A stretch of DNA of 59,438 nt from Candidatus Sericytochromatia bacterium (GCA_035285125.1 JAYKHR010000061.1:1-59438); one strand, 5' to 3'. Positions 27,102-36,426 are shown, numbered from the stretch's first letter. Notes: generated by a model not told the origin, from the sequence alone. Made by a program: numbers and translations.

Positions 27102-28505
27102 ATGCTTCGTCCCCTGTACCTGCGGTTGATGTTCTTCCAGCTCCTGCTCGTGGGGCTGGCTGGCCTGCTGTTCTGGCTGCTCGCCATCCGCTGGGACTTC
27201 ACGGAGCCTGTCGCCCTCATGTGGGTGGCCGGGGCCTGCTGGCTGGTCTCCGCCGTCGTGATCGGGCTGCTGCTGCACCCGCTCGACCAGGTGGCCGAGG
27301 CCCTGAGGCGCCTCACGGCCGGCGAACCTGCGCCGCTCGGGAAGCTGCCGGGGTCCGACGGGCAGGGCTGGGCGCGGATCGTCGAAGGGCTCCACGCCCA
27401 GGTGATGGGGGGAAGTCGGGGCCCGGCGGCGGGGCCTGCCCTGCCAGCGGTGCTCGACAGCCTCAGCGAGGGCGTCCTCATCCTGCGCCCTGACCTGGTG
27501 CCCGTGTTCACGAACGCCGCGCTCAGGGTGATGGCGAGCGCGGCCGAGACGGACGCTTTACCGGCGTCTGGTGACGGGGCTGTGGACGCCTTCAAGGGCG
27601 CCATTCACGCGCGGTGCTTCGTGCCCGACCAGCTGGCCGTGATCGAGGAGGAGATGCGCCGGCACCCCGACCGCCCGCGCACAGACATCATCCAGCTGGA
27701 GCGCCCCACCCAGTTCCTGCGCCGCTACAGCGCCCCGCTTTATGGTGCGGCAGGGGCCGTCGACGGCTTCCTCGTGAGCTACCAGGACATCACCCGGGAG
27801 GTCGCGCAGGATCGGCTGCGGGGGGACTTCATCGCCAACGCCTCGCACGAGCTGCGCACGCCCGTGACCTCGGTCAAGCTGCTGCTCGAGAATCTGGTGG
27901 ATGGCGCAAAGGACGACCCGGCGGTGCGCGACGTGTTCCTCGAGGACGCCCTCCGCGAGATCGATCGCATGCACGACCTCGTCAACGACCTGCTCGACGT
28001 CGCGGCTCTCGAGGCGGGGCGGGAGGCGCTGACGCTGGCTGCCTTCGACGTGGAGGTCGTGATCGCCGAGGCCATCGAGACGGTGATGCCGCAGGCCTTG
28101 CGGCGGGACGTGACGCTCGCGCTGGAGCCCGGTGGCCCGACGCGGCTGGAGGCAGACCGGACCCGGTTGCGGCAAGTGCTGGTGAACCTCATTGCGAACG
28201 CCGTCAAGTTCACGCCTGCGGGGGGGCGCGTCGGGGTCCGCGCCTGGCGGGAGGGGGAGGCCGTCCGCCTCTCGGTCGCCGACAGCGGCATCGGCATCCC
28301 CGCGAAGGACCTGCCGCATATCTTCGACCGCTTCTTCCGCGTGACGCGCAACCGCTCGCGCCTCCAGGGAGGCTCCGGCCTCGGGCTGACGATTGTGAAG
28401 CAGGCCATCGATGCCCACCGCGGAGAGATCCACGTGGAATCGACAGAGGGCCAGGGTACGACGGTCTACGTGGGCCTGCCCGTCACGCAGGGCGGCGGGG
28501 CGTGA
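27102..28505 (+). CDS. Membrane sensor histidine kinase (2 TM, HAMP-like, PAS-like, HisKA, HATPase), PhoR/WalK-like
   Basis: Two TM helices, LDSLSEGVLI, DFIANASHELRTP, NLIANAVKFT, DSGIGIP, IFDRFFRV, GGSGLGL. Confidence 0.92.
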   Translation: MLRPLYLRLMFFQLLLVGLAGLLFWLLAIRWDFTEPVALMWVAGACWLVSAVVIGLLLHPLDQVAEALRRLTAGEPAPLGKLPGSDGQGWARIVEGLHAQVMGGSRGPAAGPALPAVLDSLSEGVLILRPDLVPVFTNAALRVMASAAETDALPASGDGAVDAFKGAIHARCFVPDQLAVIEEEMRRHPDRPRTDIIQLERPTQFLRRYSAPLYGAAGAVDGFLVSYQDITREVAQDRLRGDFIANASHELRTPVTSVKLLLENLVDGAKDDPAVRDVFLEDALREIDRMHDLVNDLLDVAALEAGREALTLAAFDVEVVIAEAIETVMPQALRRDVTLALEPGGPTRLEADRTRLRQVLVNLIANAVKFTPAGGRVGVRAWREGEAVRLSVADSGIGIPAKDLPHIFDRFFRVTRNRSRLQGGSGLGLTIVKQAIDAHRGEIHVESTEGQGTTVYVGLPVTQGGGA

Positions 28506-28541
28506 GGGCCCCGGCGCGCCGACGCCTCCGGGAGGCACCTA

Positions 28542-29546
28542 TTGCTTGAGAAGTTCTCCGCGGGCGCAATTCAGGCCCTTAACGCCGCGCGCGAAGAGGC
28601 CCTGCGGCTGGAGTTCAACCACGTCGACGTCGACCACCTCCTGCTCGGTCTCGCCCACGAACAGCGGGGCCTGTGCCTGCGCGTGCTGCAGCGGCACGGC
28701 GTCGTGTCGCGACGCCTGCGGCTGGCCGTGGAGCAGTGCTCGGGGCGCGGCTACAGCCTGGCGCGCCAGGAGGACCTCGTGTTCGCCCCGGGCACCATCC
28801 GCGTGCTCTCCCGGGCGGTGGTGGCGAGGCCCCGGCTGGTCGAAAGCCAGGACCTCTTCCTGGCCCTGCTGGCCGAGCCGGACACCGCCGCCCAGGCCGT
28901 GCTGATGGGTCTCGGGCTCGCCGTGCCCGCCCTGCTGGCCGAGGCGAAGCAGCTCGCAGGGGCCGCGCGTGAGGAGGCCGAGGCGGGCACGCCCGAGGCC
29001 GGCGTGGTGGTGCCGCGACACTTCTCGCCCCGGCTGCTGACGCCTGCCGCCCAGTCCGTGCTCAGCTACGCCGAGGCGGCCGCGCGCTTCTTCGGCCACA
29101 CGGTGGTCGGCACCGAGCAACTGCTCACGGGCCTGCTCTACGTGCACTCGGGCCTGGCATCCAAGGTGCTGGCCGCCCACGGCGTCGAACCGCTGCGTGT
29201 CGAGGCCGTCGCCGCCCGTGCCATCGGCCGCGGCAGTGGCACGGTGTCGGGCCGGCTGACGCTGTCCCGCTGGTGCGAGGAGGTCTGCGAGAGCGCGTGG
29301 GGCGTGGCGCGCAAGCAGGGGCTGGCCCAGGTGGGCACCGGCCACCTCCTGATCGGCCTGCTGGAGCTCGACGTGGGCGGGGCGCTGTACATCCTGGATC
29401 AGCTCGATCTCAACCTCGGCCAGCTCCGGGACGATGTGGAGGGGGCGCTGGCCGCGGCCCCCGACGACCCCGAGCCCGAGGAGGTCACGCTCGGTGGGTT
29501 CGTGCCGCTGGACGACGACCAGGTGCCGGAGGGCTTCGAGGCGTGA
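28542..29546 (+). CDS. Stand-alone Clp N-terminal (Clp-R) repeat protein without ATPase domain
   Basis: MLEKFS..A..AL..AREEA, four repeats (DVDHLLLGL, ESQDLFLAL, GTEQLLTGL, GTGHLLIGL); no Walker A; acidic tail. Confidence 0.85.
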   Translation: MLEKFSAGAIQALNAAREEALRLEFNHVDVDHLLLGLAHEQRGLCLRVLQRHGVVSRRLRLAVEQCSGRGYSLARQEDLVFAPGTIRVLSRAVVARPRLVESQDLFLALLAEPDTAAQAVLMGLGLAVPALLAEAKQLAGAAREEAEAGTPEAGVVVPRHFSPRLLTPAAQSVLSYAEAAARFFGHTVVGTEQLLTGLLYVHSGLASKVLAAHGVEPLRVEAVAARAIGRGSGTVSGRLTLSRWCEEVCESAWGVARKQGLAQVGTGHLLIGLLELDVGGALYILDQLDLNLGQLRDDVEGALAAAPDDPEPEEVTLGGFVPLDDDQVPEGFEA

Positions 29547-31162
29547 ACGCGGCCGTCTCGCGGGTCACCTTGGCCGTCGCCGTCGCGGTTGCGGCCACGG
29601 CTTGTCGCCACGGCGGCGGTGCGGGCGCAGCCGCCCCTGCGGGCACCTGCGTGGTGGTTCTGCCGCAGGAGCCTGAGCTGCTGAACCCCTACATGTCGCC
29701 GATGGCGTCCGTCAGCACGGTCTCCAGCCTGTTCTTCAGCGGCCTCGTGATCCCGGACGAGCAGGGTCGCTGGCAGCCCGACCTGGCGGAGCGGGTGCCG
29801 ACCCTCGCGAACGGCGACGTCGTGCTGCGCGGAGGGGGGATGCGCGTGCGGTACCGCCTGCGACGCAACGTGCGCTGGCACGACGGGCGGCCGTTCACGG
29901 GGGAGGACGTCCGCGCCACATGGCGCCTGGTGATGAACCCCGCGTTCCCCGCCGTGTCCCGCGCGGGCTTCGAGGAACTCCGCGGGGTCGAGGTGCCGGA
30001 CCCCCACACGGTGGTACTCGACTTCAAGCGTCCCTATGCGCCCTACGCGGAGCTCTTCCCGTACGTGCTGCCGGCCCACGTGCTCGCCGCGAGCCGGGAG
30101 CCCGCCCGCGCGGCCTGGCATCGCGCGCCGGTGGGCACCGGCCCCTTCCGCCTCACGGGGTGGCGCAGCGGCGATCGCCTGCTGGCTGTCGCCCACGAGG
30201 GCTACTTCCGCGGCCGGCCCCCGATCCCGCGGCTGGACGTCAGGTTCGTGCCGAACGAGGCCACCGCCTACCAGCTCTGGCGCGTGGGCGAGGCCGACCT
30301 GCTGCAGGGGGCCCCTGCCACGGCCTACGACGCGCTCCAGCGGGAGGCCCCCGGCCGGGTCTGGCTGACGCCCACCGGAACATGGGAGCACCTCGTATTC
30401 AACCTCGAGCGCCCGGTGTGGTCCGACGTTCGGGTCCGCCGGGCCATTGCCCACCTGGTCGACCGCCAGCAACTCAACGCCCGCGCCTATGGCGGCGTGC
30501 TGCAGCCCGCCTGGAGCGAACTGACGCCGGGGCACTGGGCTTTCGACGCGCGCGGCACCAACGCCTACCCGCCGGATCGGGCGGCGGCCGAGCGTCTGCT
30601 GGACGAGGCGGGCTGGCGTCTGGGGCCTGATGGGCTTCGGCGCCGGGGCGGGGTGCCGCTGGCCGTCACGCTCGTCACCACCAGCGATCGCCCGGGCCGG
30701 AACCTGGCGGCGCAGCTCTGGCGTCGGCAGTGGCGGGACCTCGGCATCACGCTCACGATCGAGCGCTGGCCGCCGGCCGTGGTCTTCGGGTCGGCGGGGG
30801 GCAAGCTGGCGGCGGGCGCGTTCGACCTTGCCCTGATCGCCTCCCTGTCTCGGCCGGACCCCGACACCAGCTTCCGCTGGCGCTCCGACCAGGTGCCGCC
30901 GGCCGGCCAGAACCGCTCGCGGTACCGCGACCCCCGCGTCGACGCCCTCCTGGCGCGCGGCCTGGCCACGCTGGAGCCCCGGGCGCGGGCCACCCTGTAC
31001 CGCGACCTGGCCGAGAGGCTCAGGCTCGATCTGCCCGTGATTCCCCTGCTATATTGGGTGGCCCTCGACGCCACCAGCCCTCGGCTGCGTGGCTTCCGTC
31101 CCAACCCCACCATCCGAGGCAACCTCTGGAACGTGTGGGAGTGGAAGCTGGAACCCCGGTGA
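29543..31162 (+). CDS. Family-5 (peptide/nickel) ABC substrate-binding lipoprotein
   Basis: GTGA overlap; lipobox ATAC; PDLAE, LRRNVRWHDGRPFTGEDV, PVGTGPF, DVRVRRAI, A..LLDEAGW. Confidence 0.9.
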   Translation: MNAAVSRVTLAVAVAVAATACRHGGGAGAAAPAGTCVVVLPQEPELLNPYMSPMASVSTVSSLFFSGLVIPDEQGRWQPDLAERVPTLANGDVVLRGGGMRVRYRLRRNVRWHDGRPFTGEDVRATWRLVMNPAFPAVSRAGFEELRGVEVPDPHTVVLDFKRPYAPYAELFPYVLPAHVLAASREPARAAWHRAPVGTGPFRLTGWRSGDRLLAVAHEGYFRGRPPIPRLDVRFVPNEATAYQLWRVGEADLLQGAPATAYDALQREAPGRVWLTPTGTWEHLVFNLERPVWSDVRVRRAIAHLVDRQQLNARAYGGVLQPAWSELTPGHWAFDARGTNAYPPDRAAAERLLDEAGWRLGPDGLRRRGGVPLAVTLVTTSDRPGRNLAAQLWRRQWRDLGITLTIERWPPAVVFGSAGGKLAAGAFDLALIASLSRPDPDTSFRWRSDQVPPAGQNRSRYRDPRVDALLARGLATLEPRARATLYRDLAERLRLDLPVIPLLYWVALDATSPRLRGFRPNPTIRGNLWNVWEWKLEPR

Positions 31163-32829
31163 GCCCTTCGAACTTCACGCCTTCGAGCCGCAGGCTGGCT
31201 GCCTCTTTCCGTCGACGCCTGCGCGGCGCCTTGCTCGCCCTCGGGGTGGTGCTGGCGCCTGCCACCGTGTTGGGGGCCGAGCCCACCCAGGGCGTGCTCA
31301 TCGCCGTGGGCGGGGGCTCCGAGAACCCTGAACTGATGTCGGAGGTCCTCGACCTGGCGCGCGGGCGGGCGAGCCGGGTGGCGATCATCAACACCGCTTC
31401 CGAACGGCCCTCGCAGAGTGGCACGAGCTACAGGCGCTACTTCCAGGAGACGCTGGGGATCGCCCAGGCCGACGTGCTGCCCTTGCTGACGCGCGAGCAG
31501 GCCTACGACGAGGCCGTGGTCGAGCAACTGGGCCGGGCCGACCTGATCTACGTCACGGGCGGCAACCAGATCCGCCTCGCCCAGACCCTGGCCGGCACGC
31601 CTGCGCACGGCGCGATCCTGGCCGCGTGGCAGCGGGGCGTCGTCCTGGCTGGCACCAGTGCGGGGGCGATGGTGTGGGGCCCGAGCTACATCACCACGGG
31701 CAACAGCGCCACGGCCGTGCTGCGCAGCGGCGCCGCGGGCAGCGTGGATACCCGCGACGGCCTCGGCCTCGTGCCAGGGGTGCTGGTCGACACCCACTTC
31801 GGCCGGGAGGGCCGACTCGGGCGGCTGCTGGTCGCCACGGCGGGGGTGTCCAAGGGCATCGGCCTCGGCGTCGACGAGGGCACGGCGGCCGTCATCACCC
31901 CCGACGGGGTGCGGGTCCTCGGCACGGGCCGCGTCACGGTGCTCGACACGGGGCGGGCCACCATCGGCACGGCCGCGCGGGGCCCGCTCTCTGTGCGGAA
32001 CGTCGAGATGCACATCCTCGCCTCGGGCGAGGCGCTCCGCTGGCGGCGCGACGCGGCGGAGCGCCGGCCCATGCTGCCAGACCGGCCGGATGAGCCACTT
32101 TCTTCCGGCTCGCTCTGGATGCAGGGGGCCGAGGTCGTTCCGCCCGCCGCCTGGTTCGCTCAGGCGGCGGGGCCCCTCGCCCCCAGCGCAGGGATCTTTC
32201 GGCGGCTCCCGGACGAGGTCGTCGTGCTCGTCGGCGACGGGGCCCAGGCCACGGGGCAGCGGTGGCAGGCGGCGCTGAGCGCTGGCAACCGCACCACCGT
32301 TCGGGTCATCCAGGCCGACCAGCTGCGGACCGCGCTCTTCGCGCAGTACCTGGCCATCGCCGGGGGCGTCGTGTTGATCGACGACGCCGCCGGGACGCTG
32401 GCCGCCAAGCTGGCTGGCGAGCCTGCGCAGCTCTTGCGGCAGCAGGCGGGCCACCTGCAGTTCGTCTCGCTGGGGGCGGCGTCGGGCCTGGTCGGGGAGG
32501 CCGCCACCCGGGCCGGGGCCGAGCTCGCGACGGGCGTGCGGGTGGCACCTGGCGTGGTGCTTCACAACGACATCTGGGGGGCTGGCACCTTCGAGCGACT
32601 GGCGCTGGACGCCCTGATGGCGGAGGGCTCGCTTGGCATCGGCCTGGCCCCCAACAACGGGGTTCAACTCGAGGGTGGCACCCTTTCGGTGCACGGCGAG
32701 GCCCCCGTGCTTCTTGTGGAGACGCGCCGCGTGAGCCTGGCGAATCCCCCGGCAGGTAGCGCACGCGACCTGCGCCTGCACACGCTGGCCCCTGGCGAGC
32801 GCCTCAGGTTCCCGCTGCAGACGCCTTGA
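31159..32829 (+). CDS. Exported cyanophycinase (S51) with a second degenerate cyanophycinase-like domain
   Basis: GTGA overlap; signal peptide; LIAVGGG, YVTGGNQ.RL, GTSAGA (Ser), DTHF.R.GRLGRL (His), GVDEGTA (Glu). Confidence 0.85.
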   Translation: MSPSNFTPSSRRLAASFRRRLRGALLALGVVLAPATVLGAEPTQGVLIAVGGGSENPELMSEVLDLARGRASRVAIINTASERPSQSGTSYRRYFQETLGIAQADVLPLLTREQAYDEAVVEQLGRADLIYVTGGNQIRLAQTLAGTPAHGAILAAWQRGVVLAGTSAGAMVWGPSYITTGNSATAVLRSGAAGSVDTRDGLGLVPGVLVDTHFGREGRLGRLLVATAGVSKGIGLGVDEGTAAVITPDGVRVLGTGRVTVLDTGRATIGTAARGPLSVRNVEMHILASGEALRWRRDAAERRPMLPDRPDEPLSSGSLWMQGAEVVPPAAWFAQAAGPLAPSAGIFRRLPDEVVVLVGDGAQATGQRWQAALSAGNRTTVRVIQADQLRTALFAQYLAIAGGVVLIDDAAGTLAAKLAGEPAQLLRQQAGHLQFVSLGAASGLVGEAATRAGAELATGVRVAPGVVLHNDIWGAGTFERLALDALMAEGSLGIGLAPNNGVQLEGGTLSVHGEAPVLLVETRRVSLANPPAGSARDLRLHTLAPGERLRFPLQTP

Positions 32830-33667
32830 GGCGCATCGCCTCCTCGTAGACCCGGGACCGGGGCACGCCCAGCCGGGCGGCGATCGCGCGGGCCGCCTCG
32901 CTCGGGCGGGTGCCGGCGGCCAGCTCCTGCGCGAGGTCGTCGCGCCAGGCCTCGTCATCCAGCTGCCCCTCGGGCTCCGGGGCGCCCCCGACCACGATCA
33001 CGAGCTCCCCGCGCGGGGCCTGGGCCTCGAAGTGGGCGCTCAGTTCACCGAGCGAGCCTCGGAGGTGTTCCTCGAATCGCTTCGTCAGCTCGCGGGCGAC
33101 GCAGGCTGGCCGGCCGACCCCGAAGGCGGCGCCCATGTCCGCCAGCGTCCCCACGATCCGGTGCGGCGCCTCGTAGAAGACCATCGTCCTCGGCTCGCTC
33201 GCCAGGGCCTGGAGGCGCTTGCGGCGCGGGCGGGCCTCCCGTGGCAGGAAGCCCTCGAAGGTGAACCTGTCGGTGGGCAGCCCCGAGGCCACGAGGGCCG
33301 TGACGAACGCCGTAGGCCCCGGCACCGCCACCACCGGCAGGCCCGCGGCAACGGCCTCGCGGACGAGGGCCTCGCCCGGGTCCGAGATGCCCGGCATCCC
33401 GGCGTCCGTCACGAGCGCGATCGCGTCGCCGGCCCGGAGCCGTTCCACCAACCCGGCGCTGGAGGCCCGCTCGTTGTGGGCGTGGTGGCTCACGAGCGGG
33501 GAGCCGATCGCGTGGGCCTCGAGCAGCCGCCGGGTGTGGCGGGTGTCTTCCGCCGCGATGAGGGCCACGCCCTGCAGCACGGCGACCGCGCGGGGCGACA
33601 TGTCGCCCATGTTGCCGATGGGCGTCCCGACGAGGTACAGGGTGCCCGGCTGGATGGACTCTGGCAC
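32804..33667 (-). CDS. rsmI: 16S rRNA (cytidine-1402-2'-O)-methyltransferase
   Basis: GTLYLVGTPIGNMGDMS.RA, AEDTRHT, DAGMPGISDPG, FYEAPHR, RELTKRFEE; GTG start after AGGAG. Confidence 0.95.
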   Translation of the reverse strand: MPESIQPGTLYLVGTPIGNMGDMSPRAVAVLQGVALIAAEDTRHTRRLLEAHAIGSPLVSHHAHNERASSAGLVERLRAGDAIALVTDAGMPGISDPGEALVREAVAAGLPVVAVPGPTAFVTALVASGLPTDRFTFEGFLPREARPRRKRLQALASEPRTMVFYEAPHRIVGTLADMGAAFGVGRPACVARELTKRFEEHLRGSLGELSAHFEAQAPRGELVIVVGGAPEPEGQLDDEAWRDDLAQELAAGTRPSEAARAIAARLGVPRSRVYEEAMRLKASAAGT

Positions 33668-33793
33668 GGTGACGCTCTCCTGCTGCTTGTCTCGGTGGCT
33701 GGGCTCCACCATTAAAGCAGGTGGGGCGGGGTATGTTGCCGTCGGGTTTGTTGGCCCCGGGGGTCGTGGGCCGTGCCTCGGAGGAGGGGTTCG

Positions 33794-34498
33794 ATGGGGT
33801 TCTTCGGTCGGGTCGTCAGTTTGCTGCGTGGCTTCTTCGCTTCGGCCGTGGAGGATGTCGAGCGCGACAACCCCGACATCGTCTACCAGCAGGCCATCAA
33901 CGACCGCGTGGCTCAGCACCAGAAGCTGCTCGGCGCCGTGGCCAGCATCGTGACGCTGCGCAACAAGCTCCAGCGCGACCAGAAGGCCAAGCAGCGCGAG
34001 CTGGCCGAGCTGGCGTCCCAGATCCCGGTGGCGGTCCAGCAGGGGGACGAGGCCAGCGCCCTGATCCTGATCGAGCGGAAGAACGTGGTGACGGAGGAGC
34101 TGGCCGAGGTCGAGCGCGAGCTGGCGGAGGTGTCAGCCCAGGCGGACGAGGCCAAGGCCGGCCTGGTCACGTTCCAGGCCGAAATCGAGAAGCTCAAGGC
34201 CGAGCGCGACCGCATGCTCGCGAAGCGGGAGCAGGCCCGCGCCCGCTTGAAGATCCAGGAGCAGCTCTCCGGGCTGAGCGTCCAGGCCGAGACCCGGGCG
34301 CTCGACTCGGTGCGGGAGAGCATCCACAAGCTCGAGGCCCAGGCGGACGTCTCCGCCGAGATCCAGGGCGCGGGCATGCAGACGAAGCTGCGGCAGATCA
34401 AGGAGGCCACGGGCACCGCGTCCGCGCGGGCTGAGCTCGATGCCATCAAGCGCCAGATGGCTGCCCAGCAGCAGGGCGGCGCCGAGAAGACGCTCTAG
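33794..34498 (+). CDS. pspA: PspA/IM30 family protein (ESCRT-III fold)
   Basis: Amphipathic N-terminus MGFFGRVVSLLRGFF, E.DNP, long coiled coils, C-terminal ELDAIK; strong RBS GGAGGAGG. Confidence 0.85.
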   Translation: MGFFGRVVSLLRGFFASAVEDVERDNPDIVYQQAINDRVAQHQKLLGAVASIVTLRNKLQRDQKAKQRELAELASQIPVAVQQGDEASALILIERKNVVTEELAEVERELAEVSAQADEAKAGLVTFQAEIEKLKAERDRMLAKREQARARLKIQEQLSGLSVQAETRALDSVRESIHKLEAQADVSAEIQGAGMQTKLRQIKEATGTASARAELDAIKRQMAAQQQGGAEKTL

Positions 34499-34508
34499 CG
34501 AGGACCTT

Positions 34509-36209
34509 ATGACCGAGGCCGCCATCCAAACCAGGCTGCCAGCTTGGGCCGAGGAGCTTCGCCGCCGTTACCTGGCCGGCGAGGCCATCCAGTTCCTGCT
34601 GCACGGCAACGTCCACGATCTCGTCCCGCTCGGGGGCGAGTTCGTGCCGCTGCGGCGCTTCCTCGCCGAGGGGCTGCTCGCGAGCAAGGACGTCGTGATG
34701 TTCTACGACCCGGCGGAGGGGCTCGTGTTTGCCCGGCCCGAGATGCGGGCGGCCTTCCTGCGCGGCCTGAACGCGCGGCTGATGGTCCAGGGGCGCCCGG
34801 CCTGGGATGGCGAGCTGCCCACCGAGCCCGGCCGCCTCCTGCCCCTGCTGGAGGCCTACCTGCTGGCGCCGGGGCAGCGGGCCGCGCTGGTCATCGACTA
34901 CGCCGAGGTCGTCGCGCCCTCCGCCGAGCTCGCCTTCATGTCCCGCGAGGACAAGGCCAGCCTCGTGACCCTGCTGCGCTGGGCCAAGGAGCCGCAGCTG
35001 CTGGCGGGCGACAACCTGATCCTGCTGGTTGCCGAGACGGCCGCGGAGATCCACCGGCGCATCCTGACCAGCCCCCAGGTCGTGCCCGTGGTGGTACCAC
35101 GGCCGGACGCGGTGGAGCGTGAGGCCCTGATCGCCAACCGTCGGGCGTCCGGCGCCTTCCGCAGCGAGCTGGACGACCGGACGCTGGCGCGCATCACGTC
35201 CGGGCTGCGGCTGCTGCAGCTGGACAACCTGTTCAGGCACGCCAAGCAGTCCGGCCGCGAGGTGGGGTTCGAGCTCGTCTCGGCCAAGCGCAAGGAGATC
35301 ATCGAGACCGAGTGTCAGGGCCTCGTCGAGCTCATCGAGGGCAGCCATGGCCTCGAGGCCGTGGGGGGCATGGACGGGGCGAAGGAGCTCCTGATGCACA
35401 CGGCGAAGGCGATCCGGGAGGGGCACGGCAAGCACGTCCCGATGGGCGTCATGCTGGTGGGACCGATGGGCACTGGCAAGAGCTTCCTGGCCTCTGCCTT
35501 CGCCCGGGAGTCGGGCCTCACGTGTCTGGCGCTCCGCAACTTCCGGGAGAAGTGGGTGGGCTCGACGGAGGCCAACCTCCAGAAGATCCTCACGATGATC
35601 CAGACCATGGGCTCCGTGATGGTGGTGATCGACGAGGTCGAGCGCGCGCTGGGCGGCGAGGACGGAGACTCTGGCACCAGCAGCCGCATCTTCGCCACCC
35701 TGAAAGCATTCATGGCGGACACGCGCCACAGGGGGCGCATCCTCTGGCTCGTGATGACGAACCGGCCCGACAAGCTCGACATCGATCTCAAGCGGCCGGG
35801 GCGGTTCGACCTGAAGATTCCGCTGTTCTTCCCGCAGGGGCCCGAGGCCCGCGCGGAGGTGGCAGAGGCCCTGCTGCGCAAGAACCAGCTGGCGCTCGAG
35901 GGGCTGACGCCGACGGAGGCCGTCGGGGGCCTCGAGGGCTACTCGGGGGCGGATCTCGAGGCGGTGCTGCTGCTGGCTGATCGCTTCGCCGGTCAGGCTG
36001 GCCGGGCGGCCATCACCTGCGCCGACGTCGAGGCGGCGGCCGAGGACTACATCCCCAACCGCGACCGCGACATGACCGCGTTCATGGAGCTCCTGGCGGT
36101 CTTCGAGTGCTCGAGCCGTCGGCTGCTGCCCGAGGCCATTCGAGGGATCGAGACGGCCACCCTGCAAGCCCAGCTGGACGAGCTTGCGGGACGGCTCAGG
36201 GTGCGTTGA
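34509..36209 (+). CDS. Classic-clade AAA+ ATPase with degenerate N-terminal AAA-like domain
   Basis: VGGMD..K, Walker A GPMGTGKS, pore loop KWVG, Walker B VVIDE, SRH TNRPDKLD..LKRPGRFD, GYSGADLE. Confidence 0.9.
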   Translation: MTEAAIQTRLPAWAEELRRRYLAGEAIQFLLHGNVHDLVPLGGEFVPLRRFLAEGLLASKDVVMFYDPAEGLVFARPEMRAAFLRGLNARLMVQGRPAWDGELPTEPGRLLPLLEAYLLAPGQRAALVIDYAEVVAPSAELAFMSREDKASLVTLLRWAKEPQLLAGDNLILLVAETAAEIHRRILTSPQVVPVVVPRPDAVEREALIANRRASGAFRSELDDRTLARITSGLRLLQLDNLFRHAKQSGREVGFELVSAKRKEIIETECQGLVELIEGSHGLEAVGGMDGAKELLMHTAKAIREGHGKHVPMGVMLVGPMGTGKSFLASAFARESGLTCLALRNFREKWVGSTEANLQKILTMIQTMGSVMVVIDEVERALGGEDGDSGTSSRIFATLKAFMADTRHRGRILWLVMTNRPDKLDIDLKRPGRFDLKIPLFFPQGPEARAEVAEALLRKNQLALEGLTPTEAVGGLEGYSGADLEAVLLLADRFAGQAGRAAITCADVEAAAEDYIPNRDRDMTAFMELLAVFECSSRRLLPEAIRGIETATLQAQLDELAGRLRVR

Positions 36210-36241
36210 GGCGCCTTCGACGGGCCCGGACTGGTCGGGGC

Positions 36242-36271
36242 TTTACACCGCACAGGGGGGTGTGGTATCTT
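36242..36271 (+). promoter_or_regulatory. Promoter of tRNA-Gly
   Basis: TTTACA-18 bp-TATCTT with TGTG extended -10. Confidence 0.5.
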
Positions 36272-36320
36272 TTCCTCATCGCAAGCGCCTCGGCGTGTAA
36301 GCAGCCTGGTCGCAAGCTCT

Positions 36321-36392
36321 GCGGGAATAGTTCAGTGGTAGAACACCACCTTGCCAAGGTGGGGGTCGAGGGTTCGAATCCCTTTTCCCGCT
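36321..36392 (+). tRNA. tRNA-Gly (GCC), CCA not encoded
   Basis: Acceptor GCGGGAA/TTCCCGC, D arm, anticodon stem CCACC/GGTGG with loop TTGCCAA, T loop GTTCGAATC. Confidence 0.97.
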
Positions 36393-36396
36393 CTCA

Positions 36397-36426
36397 AGCC
36401 GCCCCTGGTTGGGGCGGTTTTTTTTT
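36397..36426 (+). terminator. Rho-independent terminator after tRNA-Gly
   Basis: AGCCGCCCC-TGGTT-GGGGCGGTT followed by a T run. Confidence 0.85.

Noticed and set aside
32804..32829. 26-bp convergent 3' overlap of the cyanophycinase gene and rsmI
   Set aside because: Short tail-to-tail overlaps are common in compact high-GC genomes; no evidence of a special function.
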